Counted from the stretch's first letter, positions 30,887 through 41,700 are shown. The stretch is 64,000 nt of DNA from an uncultured Gammaproteobacteria bacterium (GCA_964427615.1 CAYRUR010000001.1:50425-114424), one strand, 5' to 3'. Numbers and translations are program-made. The notes: generated from the letters alone by a model not told the origin.

Positions 30887-31311
30887 GTTTCCTCCAATGA
30901 TCGGTTTTCAACAAAAATAATCTTTTTGAAAGTTTTAATAGTACCCAGAAGTATTCTTCATGTACAAATTGGGAATTTTTGCTGAAGTCACTTACATGCT
31001 CAATACATTTACCATAGAGAGAAAACTGAGAGTAGAGGGTGAAACTATTACGTCTTATACTGTGAAACTGTATGTCTTTTTGGGTAAGTAAGATTGGGAA
31101 GGTCTTTTTATCCTTGGTCGCAGAAAGGTTTTGTTTTGAGATTTCGTCTTTCATATACATATCCACACTCACATTTGTGCGGATGTGTACCGACCTTTCA
31201 ATCTCAGTACCTATGAAGGTATAGCGCCACTATACAAAATGCAATTTAGATTGTCAATACAGGTAAAACGTGTTATCTGAAGACACAAAATATACATCTA
31301 TATCACAGGTG

Positions 31312-31533
31312 TTACAAAGAGAGTAGTTCTGATAAGGAAATCTTTAGTGCTTCTGCAATTTTATGAACGGTATATATTGGCGGGTTACTCTCGCCTCTTT
31401 CAATCCTACCCATGTATGTTCTGTGAATTTCAGCATCATCCGCAAGATCTTCTTGGGAAATGTTCTGCTTCTTTCTCAGTTCCCTTATCCTTTCTCCGAA
31501 TCTTTTTAAAAATACATCCTTTGACTGCTTCAT
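31312..31533 (-). CDS. XRE-family HTH regulator (C-protein-like)
   Basis: FGERIRELRKKQNISQEDLA..AEIHRTYMGRIERGESNP. Confidence 0.9.
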   Translation of the reverse strand: MKQSKDVFLKRFGERIRELRKKQNISQEDLADDAEIHRTYMGRIERGESNPPIYTVHKIAEALKISLSELLSL

Positions 31534-31599
31534 GTTGAAATCGTATTCAAATGAACACTTGCAGTCTACACACGGAGAGTGTACAATACTCTCAACATT

Positions 31600-31788
31600 A
31601 TGATTTTTTCAAAGAAAAAGTGCCCAAGATGCAACAGCATAAACCTGAATAAAGTAAAGCCTAGTTTGTGGAAAAAATGGCAAAACGCATCAATGAACGT
31701 AATGTTCTTTCCATTTAGCTTATTAAGAAAACAAGTAAAGACTTTAAATGTGTGTCGCGATTGTGGGTTCTCTTGGGAAGATAGGTAA
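31600..31788 (+). CDS. Small Zn-ribbon protein
   Basis: CPRC...CRDCGFSW. Confidence 0.6.
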   Translation: MIFSKKKCPRCNSINLNKVKPSLWKKWQNASMNVMFFPFSLLRKQVKTLNVCRDCGFSWEDR

Positions 31789-32107
31789 GTATGGGGAAAT
31801 ATAAGAGAGATTTTGAAAATTTTTACTATATCTTTTTACTAACTACGATACCTCAAAATCAACTTCAAAAATAGAATTTTAAATAGGGGGCATACTTTTG
31901 TAGAAGTAAAGAGACATACACGCTTACTCCCTTATAAACATGTTTTTCAACCTAATAAACTCTTATTTTGAATATCTTCCACTATATAATTGTTCATAAA
32001 ATCAGGTTATCTTGATATATCAAAGAGAACCTGCATACACACATTACTTTATCATTCAGATAATAAAGTAGTTGACAACTCTTTATCACTGGATTAATAT
32101 AGAGCTG

Positions 32108-33541
32108 ATGGATAATCAAACTCACGAAAAAGTATATACTTACCTTCGGAATCAACTTGCACAGGCTGAAAAAAGACTTCAGGCATACACTGTAGATAGA
32201 GAAGGAAAACCATATTTGAAGCGAAGTGCAGCACTTGTACTTGAAAAGTATGTAAAAAACTTTTCTCAGAGTGGAAAGGAACCAAGATGGGTTGCTGTTC
32301 CAGGATTAAGAGGAGTGGGTAAAACCACATTGCTAGCACAAATATATACAGAATTAAGTTGTCCTCCTGGATATAAACTATATATTTCGCTAGATGAGGC
32401 GAGTCGTGTCCTTGGTGTAAGCTTAACAGACATACTTACAGTACACGAGGAATTGTTAGGAAAGCTCTATGAAGAACTTGATAAACCAGTATTCCTGTTT
32501 ATTGACGAAGTTCAATACGAAAAAAATTGGGGATTAGTTCTGAAGAGTATATATGACAGAAGTAAAAAAATATTTATCTTCTGTACAGGATCATCTGCTG
32601 TATCTTTACAAACAAACCCAGACGTATCAAGAAGAATTGTATTTGAAAAACTTTACCCACTTTCCTTTGTTGAATACATGCTTCTTAAACATCGTAAAAA
32701 GCCTATTACTGGCCTTGGAAAACAATTAAGAGACGCGCTAATTGCATCTTCTAGTGGAGAGGAAGTATATAAAAGACTTCTTAACTATCAGAATGATGTT
32801 AATAAGTACTGGATAGGAGTAGGAAGACTTGAAATTCAAAAGTACTTCAAATACGGCTCATTACCTTTTACCTTTCAGTTTACACAGGAACCCTTGATAT
32901 ACCAACAAATTGAACAGACCTTAACCAATATTCTTAACAAAGATATTCCTCAGTTAAGTAAATTTGAATCTGACACAATCACAAAAATGTATCAAATTCT
33001 TTACACAATCTCTGGTTCAAGTGTAACAAGCCTAAACTCCTTATCAAAAACTTTTAAAATATCAATTGTAACAATGGCAGAAATACTTGAGGTTTTTGAG
33101 AAATCAGAGATGTTACTTAGAATATACCCAAATGGATCACATTTTGGGCAAGTAAAAAAACCTTCAAAATATCTTTTTATCTCACCAGCATATAGGAGTA
33201 TGTTTTTCAACCTTATAGGTAGCACTTTTTCATACGATAATTACAAAGGGTTTCTTTTGGAAGATGTCGTTGGATTGTATCTCTATCGCACTTTGGGTTT
33301 AAGGTTTGGAACAAGCCTTACTTATGATAGTGCAGAGGGAGGAGCAGATTTTATTATAAGCTTTGATGATAAAAAAATAGTAGCTGAGATAGGTTATGGA
33401 AAAAAGGACTTTCAACAAGTAAAGACAACAATGAAGAGAGTTGGGGGTACATATGGCTTATCAATCTCTTCAACCCGACTTGCATTTGATAAAGACCAGA
33501 ATGTAATCTCAGTACCACTTGGCTACTTTTTACTAATATAA
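32108..33541 (+). CDS. AAA_14-type ATPase with C-terminal DUF4143-like nuclease-fold region
   Basis: GLRGVGKTT, FIDEVQY, TGSS and C-terminal ADF...AEIG motifs. Confidence 0.8.
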   Translation: MDNQTHEKVYTYLRNQLAQAEKRLQAYTVDREGKPYLKRSAALVLEKYVKNFSQSGKEPRWVAVPGLRGVGKTTLLAQIYTELSCPPGYKLYISLDEASRVLGVSLTDILTVHEELLGKLYEELDKPVFLFIDEVQYEKNWGLVLKSIYDRSKKIFIFCTGSSAVSLQTNPDVSRRIVFEKLYPLSFVEYMLLKHRKKPITGLGKQLRDALIASSSGEEVYKRLLNYQNDVNKYWIGVGRLEIQKYFKYGSLPFTFQFTQEPLIYQQIEQTLTNILNKDIPQLSKFESDTITKMYQILYTISGSSVTSLNSLSKTFKISIVTMAEILEVFEKSEMLLRIYPNGSHFGQVKKPSKYLFISPAYRSMFFNLIGSTFSYDNYKGFLLEDVVGLYLYRTLGLRFGTSLTYDSAEGGADFIISFDDKKIVAEIGYGKKDFQQVKTTMKRVGGTYGLSISSTRLAFDKDQNVISVPLGYFLLI

Positions 33542-33738
33542 CTAATCTTATGCAATAAGTTGGAGATTAATTTCATATCCTAACTCTGCTACTATTTTTA
33601 TGGGTCACACGTTTGTTCATTGCATGCTTCTGAGAACTAAGAAGAAATAATGAGCTATTTAAGAGCAGAGAAATGGAATTAAAGTAATCATAAGGTTATT
33701 TTGTTTTGAATAATTCTACTTGTAGAGGATATTCCTTC

Positions 33739-34659
33739 ATGCCAAGACATAACAAAAAACATCACAAAATCCCAAAAACATATCTTGAAAGATTCACTGA
33801 TTCTGAAGGGTTTGTATGGATTGCAGATAGAAATCTCAATCTCTATCCCCAGAAACCAATAAACACTCTTACTGAAAATGATTATTACACAATACGGTTT
33901 AGAACAGGCGGTGGAACCCTTAATGTTGAAACAAAATTTTTAGGAGGAATAGAGACAAGATATTCAAAAATATATAAGCAAAAACTTGAAGGACAACAGC
34001 CCATATCTCAAGAGGACAAAGCAAAACTTTCAATATTTGTTGCCTCTATGTTGGAACGTCAACCAATGACACGACAGTCTCTTGAGAAGTTTTTCTCAGA
34101 AATTGAAGAACATATAACTCACATGAGAGGTTTACCAGACCATGTTAAGGAAAAAATGGCATCGGTTCCCGTGCTCTCTGGAAGTGGTCCATCATTCTCT
34201 GCGGATGAATTACTTGAAGCTGGGAAAGATGTCAGTTCACTTCACTCATCTCTTATACCCGACACTGTTGTTGATATTGCACCTATCATTTTTGATATGA
34301 AATGGGCATTTATGGTAAAACCAGAAAAATCAGAGCCTTTTATAACTTCCGATAATCCTTGTGTAATGGTTGACCCAGTGGGAGAAGCAGAATTCGGAAG
34401 GGGAACGTTTGGCGCAGCTCCAGGGTTTGTAAAAAAACATATAGAACTTACTCTGCCATTATCCAAGAATATGGCTCTCTTATGTGGATGGAAACTGGAG
34501 CATGACTGTTTTTACATAACAGTACCAGAAGGGCAGGTCAAAAACATAAATTTAAGGACAAAACGACACGCAGATTATGTTATTGGACACGATAAGAAAA
34601 TGCTCGAAGAAATGATAGAGAGAGTGAAAGCTTTTGAGAGAAAAACAGGCTCAAAATGA
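33739..34659 (+). CDS. DUF4238 domain protein
   Basis: HHKIPKTYLERF, FITSDNP and LPLS motifs. Confidence 0.8.
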   Translation: MPRHNKKHHKIPKTYLERFTDSEGFVWIADRNLNLYPQKPINTLTENDYYTIRFRTGGGTLNVETKFLGGIETRYSKIYKQKLEGQQPISQEDKAKLSIFVASMLERQPMTRQSLEKFFSEIEEHITHMRGLPDHVKEKMASVPVLSGSGPSFSADELLEAGKDVSSLHSSLIPDTVVDIAPIIFDMKWAFMVKPEKSEPFITSDNPCVMVDPVGEAEFGRGTFGAAPGFVKKHIELTLPLSKNMALLCGWKLEHDCFYITVPEGQVKNINLRTKRHADYVIGHDKKMLEEMIERVKAFERKTGSK

Positions 34660-34698
34660 TATATAGAAATTTCTTATATTGTCCTACATGCGGAACCA
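34651..34698 (-). repeat. att-like site with recombinase tail relic
   Basis: GCGGAACCA core; minus strand reads WFRM*DNIRNFYISF*. Confidence 0.65.
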
Positions 34699-34771
34699 AC
34701 TATTTAGATTCAGAATTCTAGTACCCCACATGAGGCAGTAGAAACTCTGGTATACTTTTTGTGAAAATATA

Positions 34772-35464
34772 ATGAATAAGTCAGTAATCTACGCACGAGC
34801 ATTTGGAAAGCTCTACAAGCTATTTGATATTGTACTGAGAAACGATGAATCAATATACTTATACTTTCCAAGAAGAAAAGGCTACATTATAAAGAATAAG
34901 CAGGATATAGACCTTGGTGGCCAACAGAGCAAAACTTTTACCTTTAACAAGAATGTTCATGATAGAGTTACTAATCCATATGTGTCATTTCATCCAGGTA
35001 AAGGAGTAATACATGTGAATGCATTTAATGAAGAGAAAAAGATAGTACCTTTTCTTAAAGATAGAATGAGTCATTCTTTTAATGAGATATTAGATTCACA
35101 AACGTTTTTTCCTATACTAACAGTCCTTATCCCACCTGACATATTCAGCTTTGACAGTTTTGATGTACCACACAAGAATAATCTTATAGCTAACATTCCA
35201 CCTAATTTTCCCAAGGCTCTTTCAGTTGACTTAATAATCCATGAAAAGGGTGGTTATGTTGATAAGACTGAGCTGCCTTATGCAAGATTAAGAGATTTAG
35301 CTTTTATGGCTCATCTAAAAGATATACATACAAATAAAATCTCTTATACATTAGTTTTTAACAATGTTGAGGTGAGTGGTGAAGAGCTTTCAAGAGAAGT
35401 AATTACAATTATATGGAACAAGGAGATGCCGTTTTCTTTCTGTCTGAAGCCTCTTAAGGATTAG
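34772..35464 (+). CDS. Hypothetical protein (single gene between two att-like sites)
   Basis: 230-aa ORF; no family recognised. Confidence 0.7.
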   Translation: MNKSVIYARAFGKLYKLFDIVLRNDESIYLYFPRRKGYIIKNKQDIDLGGQQSKTFTFNKNVHDRVTNPYVSFHPGKGVIHVNAFNEEKKIVPFLKDRMSHSFNEILDSQTFFPILTVLIPPDIFSFDSFDVPHKNNLIANIPPNFPKALSVDLIIHEKGGYVDKTELPYARLRDLAFMAHLKDIHTNKISYTLVFNNVEVSGEELSREVITIIWNKEMPFSFCLKPLKD

Positions 35465-36795
35465 GAAACAGACAAATAATAGGTTCTGATTGAGTCCATC
35501 AGGCGGAGCCAGAGTTCTCTTATCCGAACCAAGTCCATGTCTATGCAGGCTTGGAAGGCTTCGGTATAAGTGATATCAATGATTTTTTTGTTCTTAATCC
35601 AGATTTTTTGGATAAACCACTTCAGGAATTGTTTCCTCTCATTTTTGGTAAACGATTTATACAGTGCTGGTAAATCTTTTAGGGTGTTTATAATGGTATC
35701 TATCTTTTGCTCGTCTAAATTAGCGGATGGCCTTTTCAGTTTAGCAATTTTACCTTCAACTGCTTTCAGCTCTTCTCGTAATGGCACATATTTTGGTTCA
35801 ATTCGTTCTTTAGGAACCAGTTCTGATATTAACTGATCCTCCAGCTTATCCTTTTTCTTTTCGATAATTCTTTTACGATCTTCCAAGGCTTTAATTTGAC
35901 CTTGAATATCTTTACCTTGGGATCTCATGACATCCTCAAGCTCTGTCCGCAAAGCTCGTAAGAATCGTTCTCCAAATTTAATACCAGCAATATGGTCTTC
36001 GAGTTGTTTATGAACATCTTCCATGGGAGCATAAGGTTGAGTACATTTTATCTTTCTGTTTTTTGGCCCCATACATCGGTAATAACGGATTATTAACCCA
36101 CTTGGTTTTTTGTGCTCCTCACCGCTCATTAAAGTAGTGCATTCTTTACAAAAGACCATACCAGCCAGGAAAAAATTATGTTTTCTGGTTCTATCAGCGC
36201 CTTTATTGTGTTCTGCAAGCATAGCTTTTGCCTTATTTATATCATCCATCTCTACTACTTTAGGGTGGTGCCCTGGGTAAACCTTGCCCAAATATAAAAC
36301 TTTCCCTGCATATCTGACATCAGTAAGGATCGTATGAATTAAGCTATGACTTACTCTTTTACCATTAGGAGAGCGGAATCCTTCTTGATATAATTCTTCC
36401 TCTAACGTATAGACCGAAGGTGAAAGCCGGTTGTTAAACCTTCTAAAAATCTCTTTGATAAAATACTCTCGCTCCTTGTCAATTTTCCAGGGTACGCCTT
36501 TTTGAAATGAGTTAATATAGCCAATTCGTGCTTGTCCTGGTTGGAATCCTTTTTCAGCAAGAGCGATCATGGTACGCCTTGTTTTCTCACCAGTTATTTC
36601 TCGTTGGAGTTGATTAGCACCAGCCATCACCAAATCAACAAATTTTCCTACTGGATCATCTCCAAAGTTTGGTTGTTGCGTAGCAATAAGCTCGATATTA
36701 TGTTTTTTGAGAAGTGCTTTAACAGCTAAGTGATCTTGAGCATTTCTGGCAAACCGATCTGTTTCTTCCAGGAGAACGATATTTACATCCTTATC
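35461..36795 (-). pseudogene. Large serine recombinase 2, N-terminally truncated by IS481
   Basis: In-frame DKDVNIVLLEETDRFARN upstream of the listed ORF; Zn ribbon CKEC..YYRC; catalytic N-terminus missing; C-terminus crosses the att core GCGGAGCCA at 35503-35511. Confidence 0.85.
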
Positions 36796-37603
36796 TGTAG
36801 GATATAATCGGGTTGTTTACACTTTTGGGAGGTGAAGACCTATCACAATTCATAAGAATACTCGATTAACCCCACATTTGCGAAAGGAGATATTTGAAAA
36901 GTATCATGTAGAGCGGATACGAGTAACTGAACTGGCTCGGCTGTATCATGTTTCACGAGTAACGATTTACAAAGTTTTGAAACGAGCTCGTCAGCAAGAG
37001 CTGTACCAACGCTCAAGTACTAATCTGCGTTATCGTAGTCTGGAGTATGGACTCAAGCGCTTAGCCAAGATCGAACAAAAACTTGAAGAAAAGCTAAAAA
37101 CACAGGCCAAACGTTATAACAAAGCCTATCCTGGTGAGATGCTCCATGTGGATACTTGTTCTCTGCCTCATCTACGGGGTGAGTCTCGTTTTACGCCTCA
37201 GGAATGTTTGCATATAGCCATTGATGATTTCTCTCGAGAGCTCTATGCAGCTATTCTGCCTGATAAAACAAGTGCTTCTAGTGCTTTGTTTTTAAAACAA
37301 GTTCTTGCTGAGTGTCCTTACACCATTGAACAAGTATACTCAGATAACGGGGTTGAATACAAAGGAAATCCTGATAAGCATGCATTTATGCAAGCTTGTG
37401 CAGAGCATGGCATTACCCAACGGTTTACCAGAGTCAGGACACCACGCACGAATGGAAAAGCAGAACGAGTGATCAGAACTATCTTTCAGATGTGGCATGA
37501 TAAGCATGAATTTACCAGTCGAGCTCAGCGGAAAGTGCTGTTAGTGCGTTTTGTCAATTATTGCAACACAGTTTGGGTTAAATCTTGTTGGATACGCAAC
37601 TGA
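36796..37603 (+). mobile_element. IS481-family element remnant
   Basis: TGT left end; GGAGGTGA then ATC in place of the start (ITIHKNTRLTPH); PGEMLHVD, IDDFSR, SDNGVEY and TNGKAERVIRT (DDE) motifs; 3' end truncated. Confidence 0.85.
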
Positions 37604-37720
37604 CGGATTCTATTTGCTAATTTTTTATCCTCTCGTTTTAACCTCCTCCTTTTTATGCGCTTCTTTCCCTCCTTCGATTCCATGTTTTTTAGTCTCGCAA
37701 GGAAGCAAATGGGTTACCAT
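37571..37720 (-). pseudogene. XRE regulator fragment truncated at the IS481 junction
   Basis: Minus strand reads KLANRIRQLRIQQDLTQ, then runs into IS sequence. Confidence 0.55.
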
Positions 37721-37809
37721 TAGCGCAAAGACAAGGAAAAGAGCTAAATGTATTGACTTTAGGATCTATTCTCGATACGCTTTTATATAGACCAGGCGCT
37801 AAGACAAAT

Positions 37810-38004
37810 ATGAAATTTCAAGTTCTCAACAAACATGACAATCCGAAAAGAAAGGAGCTTCTTAAAAAGGAACTACAGCTTTTTAAGGATCATCTCCAGA
37901 CACTTGCATGGCAATCTCACACCATTTTGAGTGGATTAAAAGAAGTACAGCAACGAAAACAAATAGAAGAAAAGATTAGACAGTTACAAACTCAACCAAA
38001 ATAA
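37810..38004 (+). CDS. Small coiled-coil protein leading the AAA/vWA operon
   Basis: 64-aa ORF ending 6 nt before the AAA gene. Confidence 0.5.
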   Translation: MKFQVLNKHDNPKRKELLKKELQLFKDHLQTLAWQSHTILSGLKEVQQRKQIEEKIRQLQTQPK

Positions 38005-38010
38005 AAATGT

Positions 38011-39732
38011 ATGTCACAACCAACAGAGCCCCATATAGAAGATAATGTTAGAGGACTGGATCAGCGTGCCGAAAAACAACTTGTAAGACGAGAAATTTCT
38101 GAAGGTGTTAGTGAGTATTTTGATACTAAAGCAGAAGCTCGCACAGCAGCAGAGCATACACGAGGTGCTATTGGTCAGGATTTAAGATATGCCGAGGGAT
38201 TAAGAGATACGGGTGGGTCTACTGCTGAAACGGGCATCAGACGAATTAAGGATATTGCAGATCAGGTTGATACAGATACAGCAGCGTTTGAAGCAAAAGC
38301 AGATCGGTTGAGTTCTCCATACGTTATTTCTCCCCAGTTAGCAAAAGAACATAAAGTTGCAAGATTTCTTAAAAAACCACATTTACTTGAAGGTGAACCT
38401 GGAACAGGGAAAACCTCGCTTGCTTACGCCGTTGCAGGTGACGAAGGTTTGCCCTTAATTCATTGCCGAGGGAAAAGTACGCTAACTGCTCAATCAGTTA
38501 TGTATGAGGTAGATTATGTTGGGAGATTAAATGATGCCATGCTTGCACAAAATATCCCCGATGTATTACGAGGACAGACACAACAATGGGTCAAGTATTT
38601 AGAGTCTGGTGGGGATCCTAATGCAGCAGAATTCCAAAGTTTTATGGTTGGTTTTGAACACTCAGCAAAGTTATTAAATTTAGAAAAAGTATCAGATGTT
38701 AGAAGATACTTAAAATACGGTGAATTAGGAGAGGCTATTATCAGAGGAGCACAGGGTGAAAAAGTAGTTTTACTCTTTGATGAAATTGATAAGGCAAAGC
38801 GAGAATTCCCCAATGATTTACTTGATGAATTAGAACATCTAACTATACGAATCAGAGAAACAGGTGAGGAAATAAGCGCACCGAGAGAAAATGTTTTTGT
38901 TCTAATCACCTCAAATCATGAACGAGACTTACCAGAACCATTTTTAAGAAGATGCGTTTATAGTTATATAGATTTTCCTGATGCTGAACAAATGACAGAA
39001 ATTGTGAGGGCACATACTCCGGATATCAATGAGAGACTTCTTGAGAGCGCTGCAAGAAGATTTTACGAGATACGAGGACGAGCTGACTTACAGAAAAAAC
39101 CGTCTACATCAGAAATGTTAGATTGGGTACGAGTTCTCCAAGAGTTTGGAGTGGAAGAAGTAACTGACGAGACCCCATTTGCTGAAACACTACTTAAATA
39201 TAAGGAGGATCAAGATAAGTTAGGTGTCAGAGGGCGAAGAGAAGAAAAACTAATACAATCTGGTTTACCAGAATCAGTTGTCGCAGCACTCAATGGGGAT
39301 AAAGTAGTTCGCTTAAGAGCTGCCTCGTATTATGACCGAAATCCAAGCCCACAAGCATTAGTAAAATTAGCAAACGCTGGGTATCGGTTTACAACCGCAA
39401 AATCTGAAGACAGAAATGGCAGACCGTTTAATATACACGCCGATAATGTAAGACGAGTTGATGACTTAACATTTACTATTCTACCTTACGAAAAAACCAA
39501 GGATGGTACTATTACAAGCCCAAGTGATTTATACGAAATTTTAGAAGGAGCAGAAGCTATTGAATCAACAATGGAAGTGACAGATACACCAATAGAACTT
39601 GCTTCTATAGAAGATGGCAATGAGTATTTTATAAAAGGCAAAGATGCCCAAGGAAGAACAGTCTATCGAATGTCAGATGGGCGATTTGTCTACGAACAAC
39701 AAGTAGGGCAACATGCCAGCGAAAACTATTAA
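38011..39732 (+). CDS. MoxR/CoxD-type AAA+ ATPase with N- and C-terminal extensions
   Basis: GEPGTGKT, LLFDEIDKAKREFPNDLL, ITSNHERDLPEPFLRRC and KKPSTSEMLDW motifs. Confidence 0.88.
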   Translation: MSQPTEPHIEDNVRGLDQRAEKQLVRREISEGVSEYFDTKAEARTAAEHTRGAIGQDLRYAEGLRDTGGSTAETGIRRIKDIADQVDTDTAAFEAKADRLSSPYVISPQLAKEHKVARFLKKPHLLEGEPGTGKTSLAYAVAGDEGLPLIHCRGKSTLTAQSVMYEVDYVGRLNDAMLAQNIPDVLRGQTQQWVKYLESGGDPNAAEFQSFMVGFEHSAKLLNLEKVSDVRRYLKYGELGEAIIRGAQGEKVVLLFDEIDKAKREFPNDLLDELEHLTIRIRETGEEISAPRENVFVLITSNHERDLPEPFLRRCVYSYIDFPDAEQMTEIVRAHTPDINERLLESAARRFYEIRGRADLQKKPSTSEMLDWVRVLQEFGVEEVTDETPFAETLLKYKEDQDKLGVRGRREEKLIQSGLPESVVAALNGDKVVRLRAASYYDRNPSPQALVKLANAGYRFTTAKSEDRNGRPFNIHADNVRRVDDLTFTILPYEKTKDGTITSPSDLYEILEGAEAIESTMEVTDTPIELASIEDGNEYFIKGKDAQGRTVYRMSDGRFVYEQQVGQHASENY

Positions 39733-39735
39733 CTT

Positions 39736-41307
39736 ATGTATGAAGGCGCAGAAACAAGTCCACAACCGCAACCACCTCATATCCCAGAACTATCTTCCCA
39801 GCAAGAAGGCGGACATGATTTCCAATATGACCCCGAAGCCCAAAGTATTCTTGTCCGTTCTGTAGATAGGTCAGGGACAATTAAGGAACAAAAACATCCC
39901 TTTCAAGAACTTCTTTACTCTCTGCGAAATGAAGGTGTTCAAGCTACAACTAGCGAATGGCTTGATCTTCAACGTTGTTTAGCAGAAGGCCAAGTACAAA
40001 GTCTTGATGACTTATATGTCATTGCCCGGAGCTTGCTGGTAAAAGATGTCTCAGGATTTCCATCATTTGATACTGTGTTCGGAAGAGTTTTTTATGGCGT
40101 TGAACCACCAAAGCCAAAAAATGAAGATGAATGGAGTGATGAATATGAAGAACCAGAAGAAGAGCCTCAACAAGAACGAGATCAAGATGAGGCAGAAGAT
40201 GAAGCCACAGAAGAACCTATTCAAAAGGAAAAAGAAGATATAGAAGAAGTGGTAGAAGCAACTACAAAAACTTCGGAAGATGTTCATGGTGGTGATGAGG
40301 CGACCAAAGACATAGAAGATTCTCCAAATGCTGCAAATGAAGGCAAGCAACTTGATAACCATGGTGCTGAAAAAGGAAAGAGTAAAGAAAATCAAAAGAA
40401 AAAAGGCGAAGGTGGAGGCCAACAGCAACAAAATGCTCAGGGTGGAGGTAATCAACAAGAAAAAGGACAAGGAGGCGGTGACAAAAATACTGAAGGAGAA
40501 GGTGGCGATGGTGAAAAAGAAAATGATGCCGGTGGAGGTAAAAGGTTAGAAAAAGCAGAAGGTGTAGTAAAGGAAGGAAAAGGTGGGTTTTCTGCTCGTG
40601 AACGAGTCATGGAGCGAAGGTATGATGGCTATGACAAAGACAAGATCTTAGGATATGAACAATTTAGCCAAGTTCTTGCAAAACTTACTACTATTATGCG
40701 TGATGCAACTACAATTAGGACATCACGATTAGATCAGCTTGCTACTGCTCGGAGTATTGCACAGCATGGCGGCGTACCAGAATTTGTTTGGGAAGAAGAA
40801 GCAGAGGAAAAGCCAAAAGTTGTTGTATTATTTGACGTTGGAGGAAGTACTGATGAATTCCGTCCTATTATGGAAAAACTTTTCGCCGCTGCAAAAGATA
40901 CTATTGATGAACTTGATGTTTATTATTTTCATAATGCTATCTACGGCGATGTTTGGCCACAGAAAGATGGTAACTGGGGGGAGCACTTTATTCCAATGCG
41001 AGAAATACTAAAAAGAGATGAAAACACCAGGGTTATAATTGTAGGTGATGCTTGGATGGCAGAAGGTGAGCTACATGGTGGAGGTTCTTATTATGATGAA
41101 CAAGAAAGTTCAGAAACCGGATACGATAACTTCAGAAAAATACAACGAACATTTCCTCATACTGTCTGGGTAAATCCGATTTTAGAAAGAGATCATGAGC
41201 AATGGGATAATTCAGGAACAATTGCAGACATTAAAGGTATTTTCCCAATGTATGATTTAACTCTACGAGGTTTAGAAAATGCAGTTAGACGTTTAATGGA
41301 AGAATAA
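39736..41307 (+). CDS. vWA-domain (CoxE-like) partner protein with acidic/Gly-rich linker
   Basis: LFDVGGS MIDAS-like motif, YYFHN, IIVGDA and VWVNP; follows the MoxR ATPase. Confidence 0.85.
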   Translation: MYEGAETSPQPQPPHIPELSSQQEGGHDFQYDPEAQSILVRSVDRSGTIKEQKHPFQELLYSLRNEGVQATTSEWLDLQRCLAEGQVQSLDDLYVIARSLLVKDVSGFPSFDTVFGRVFYGVEPPKPKNEDEWSDEYEEPEEEPQQERDQDEAEDEATEEPIQKEKEDIEEVVEATTKTSEDVHGGDEATKDIEDSPNAANEGKQLDNHGAEKGKSKENQKKKGEGGGQQQQNAQGGGNQQEKGQGGGDKNTEGEGGDGEKENDAGGGKRLEKAEGVVKEGKGGFSARERVMERRYDGYDKDKILGYEQFSQVLAKLTTIMRDATTIRTSRLDQLATARSIAQHGGVPEFVWEEEAEEKPKVVVLFDVGGSTDEFRPIMEKLFAAAKDTIDELDVYYFHNAIYGDVWPQKDGNWGEHFIPMREILKRDENTRVIIVGDAWMAEGELHGGGSYYDEQESSETGYDNFRKIQRTFPHTVWVNPILERDHEQWDNSGTIADIKGIFPMYDLTLRGLENAVRRLMEE

Positions 41308-41318
41308 TCCCTCAGCTT

Positions 41319-41700
41319 TTATAAAGCTATTGCAGGAGCTTGAGAACTCTCTGTTTTTGCCCTATAATCGCTTATGGTACGGATAATATCCCAGAGGGGG
41401 AGCCATAGTTGATTATCATTGTACGATAATATCGTATCAAATGGTTTTTGAGCTTGAAATTGCACGTTTTTACCCTCTAATTTCAGGTTCTGAAGTGTAA
41501 GCCTTATTAACTGCCGTCTTTCTTCAACTTCTGAACTTTCAAACAATTCATACGCTTTATTTGCCAGTTCTAGTAGGTATTTAGCCGTGATGTAGTAGTT
41601 ATCCTCTGCTTCCTGTAATAATGCCAGTATGGTATCTATATCCGCAATCTGTTCACAGAACGACTGATAAATCTGTCATGGTCGCTTTCAGTAATACACC
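41319..41700 (-). pseudogene. Large serine recombinase 3, C-terminal remnant
   Basis: EQIADID...YYITAKYLLELANKAYELFESSEVEERRQLI...NQLWLPLWDIIRT; crosses the att core GGAGCCA at 41399-41405. Confidence 0.75.

Noticed and set aside
30876-31172. 98-aa minus-strand ORF upstream of the 53-aa gene
   Set aside because: No recognisable motif or clear start signal; it may be real but cannot be supported.
31860-31900. Possible further att relic (GGGGGCAT; minus strand MPPI*NSIFE)
   Set aside because: The register is suggestive but the core and tail are too degenerate to call without a profile search.
33630-33680. Possible att relic between the AAA_14 and DUF4238 genes (AGAGCAG)
   Set aside because: It lacks the D-x-x-R tail pattern, so support is insufficient.
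40130-40590. Repetitive GAA/GGT-rich tract and overlapping short ORFs
   Set aside because: This is the low-complexity coding linker of the vWA protein, not a CRISPR array or separate genes.
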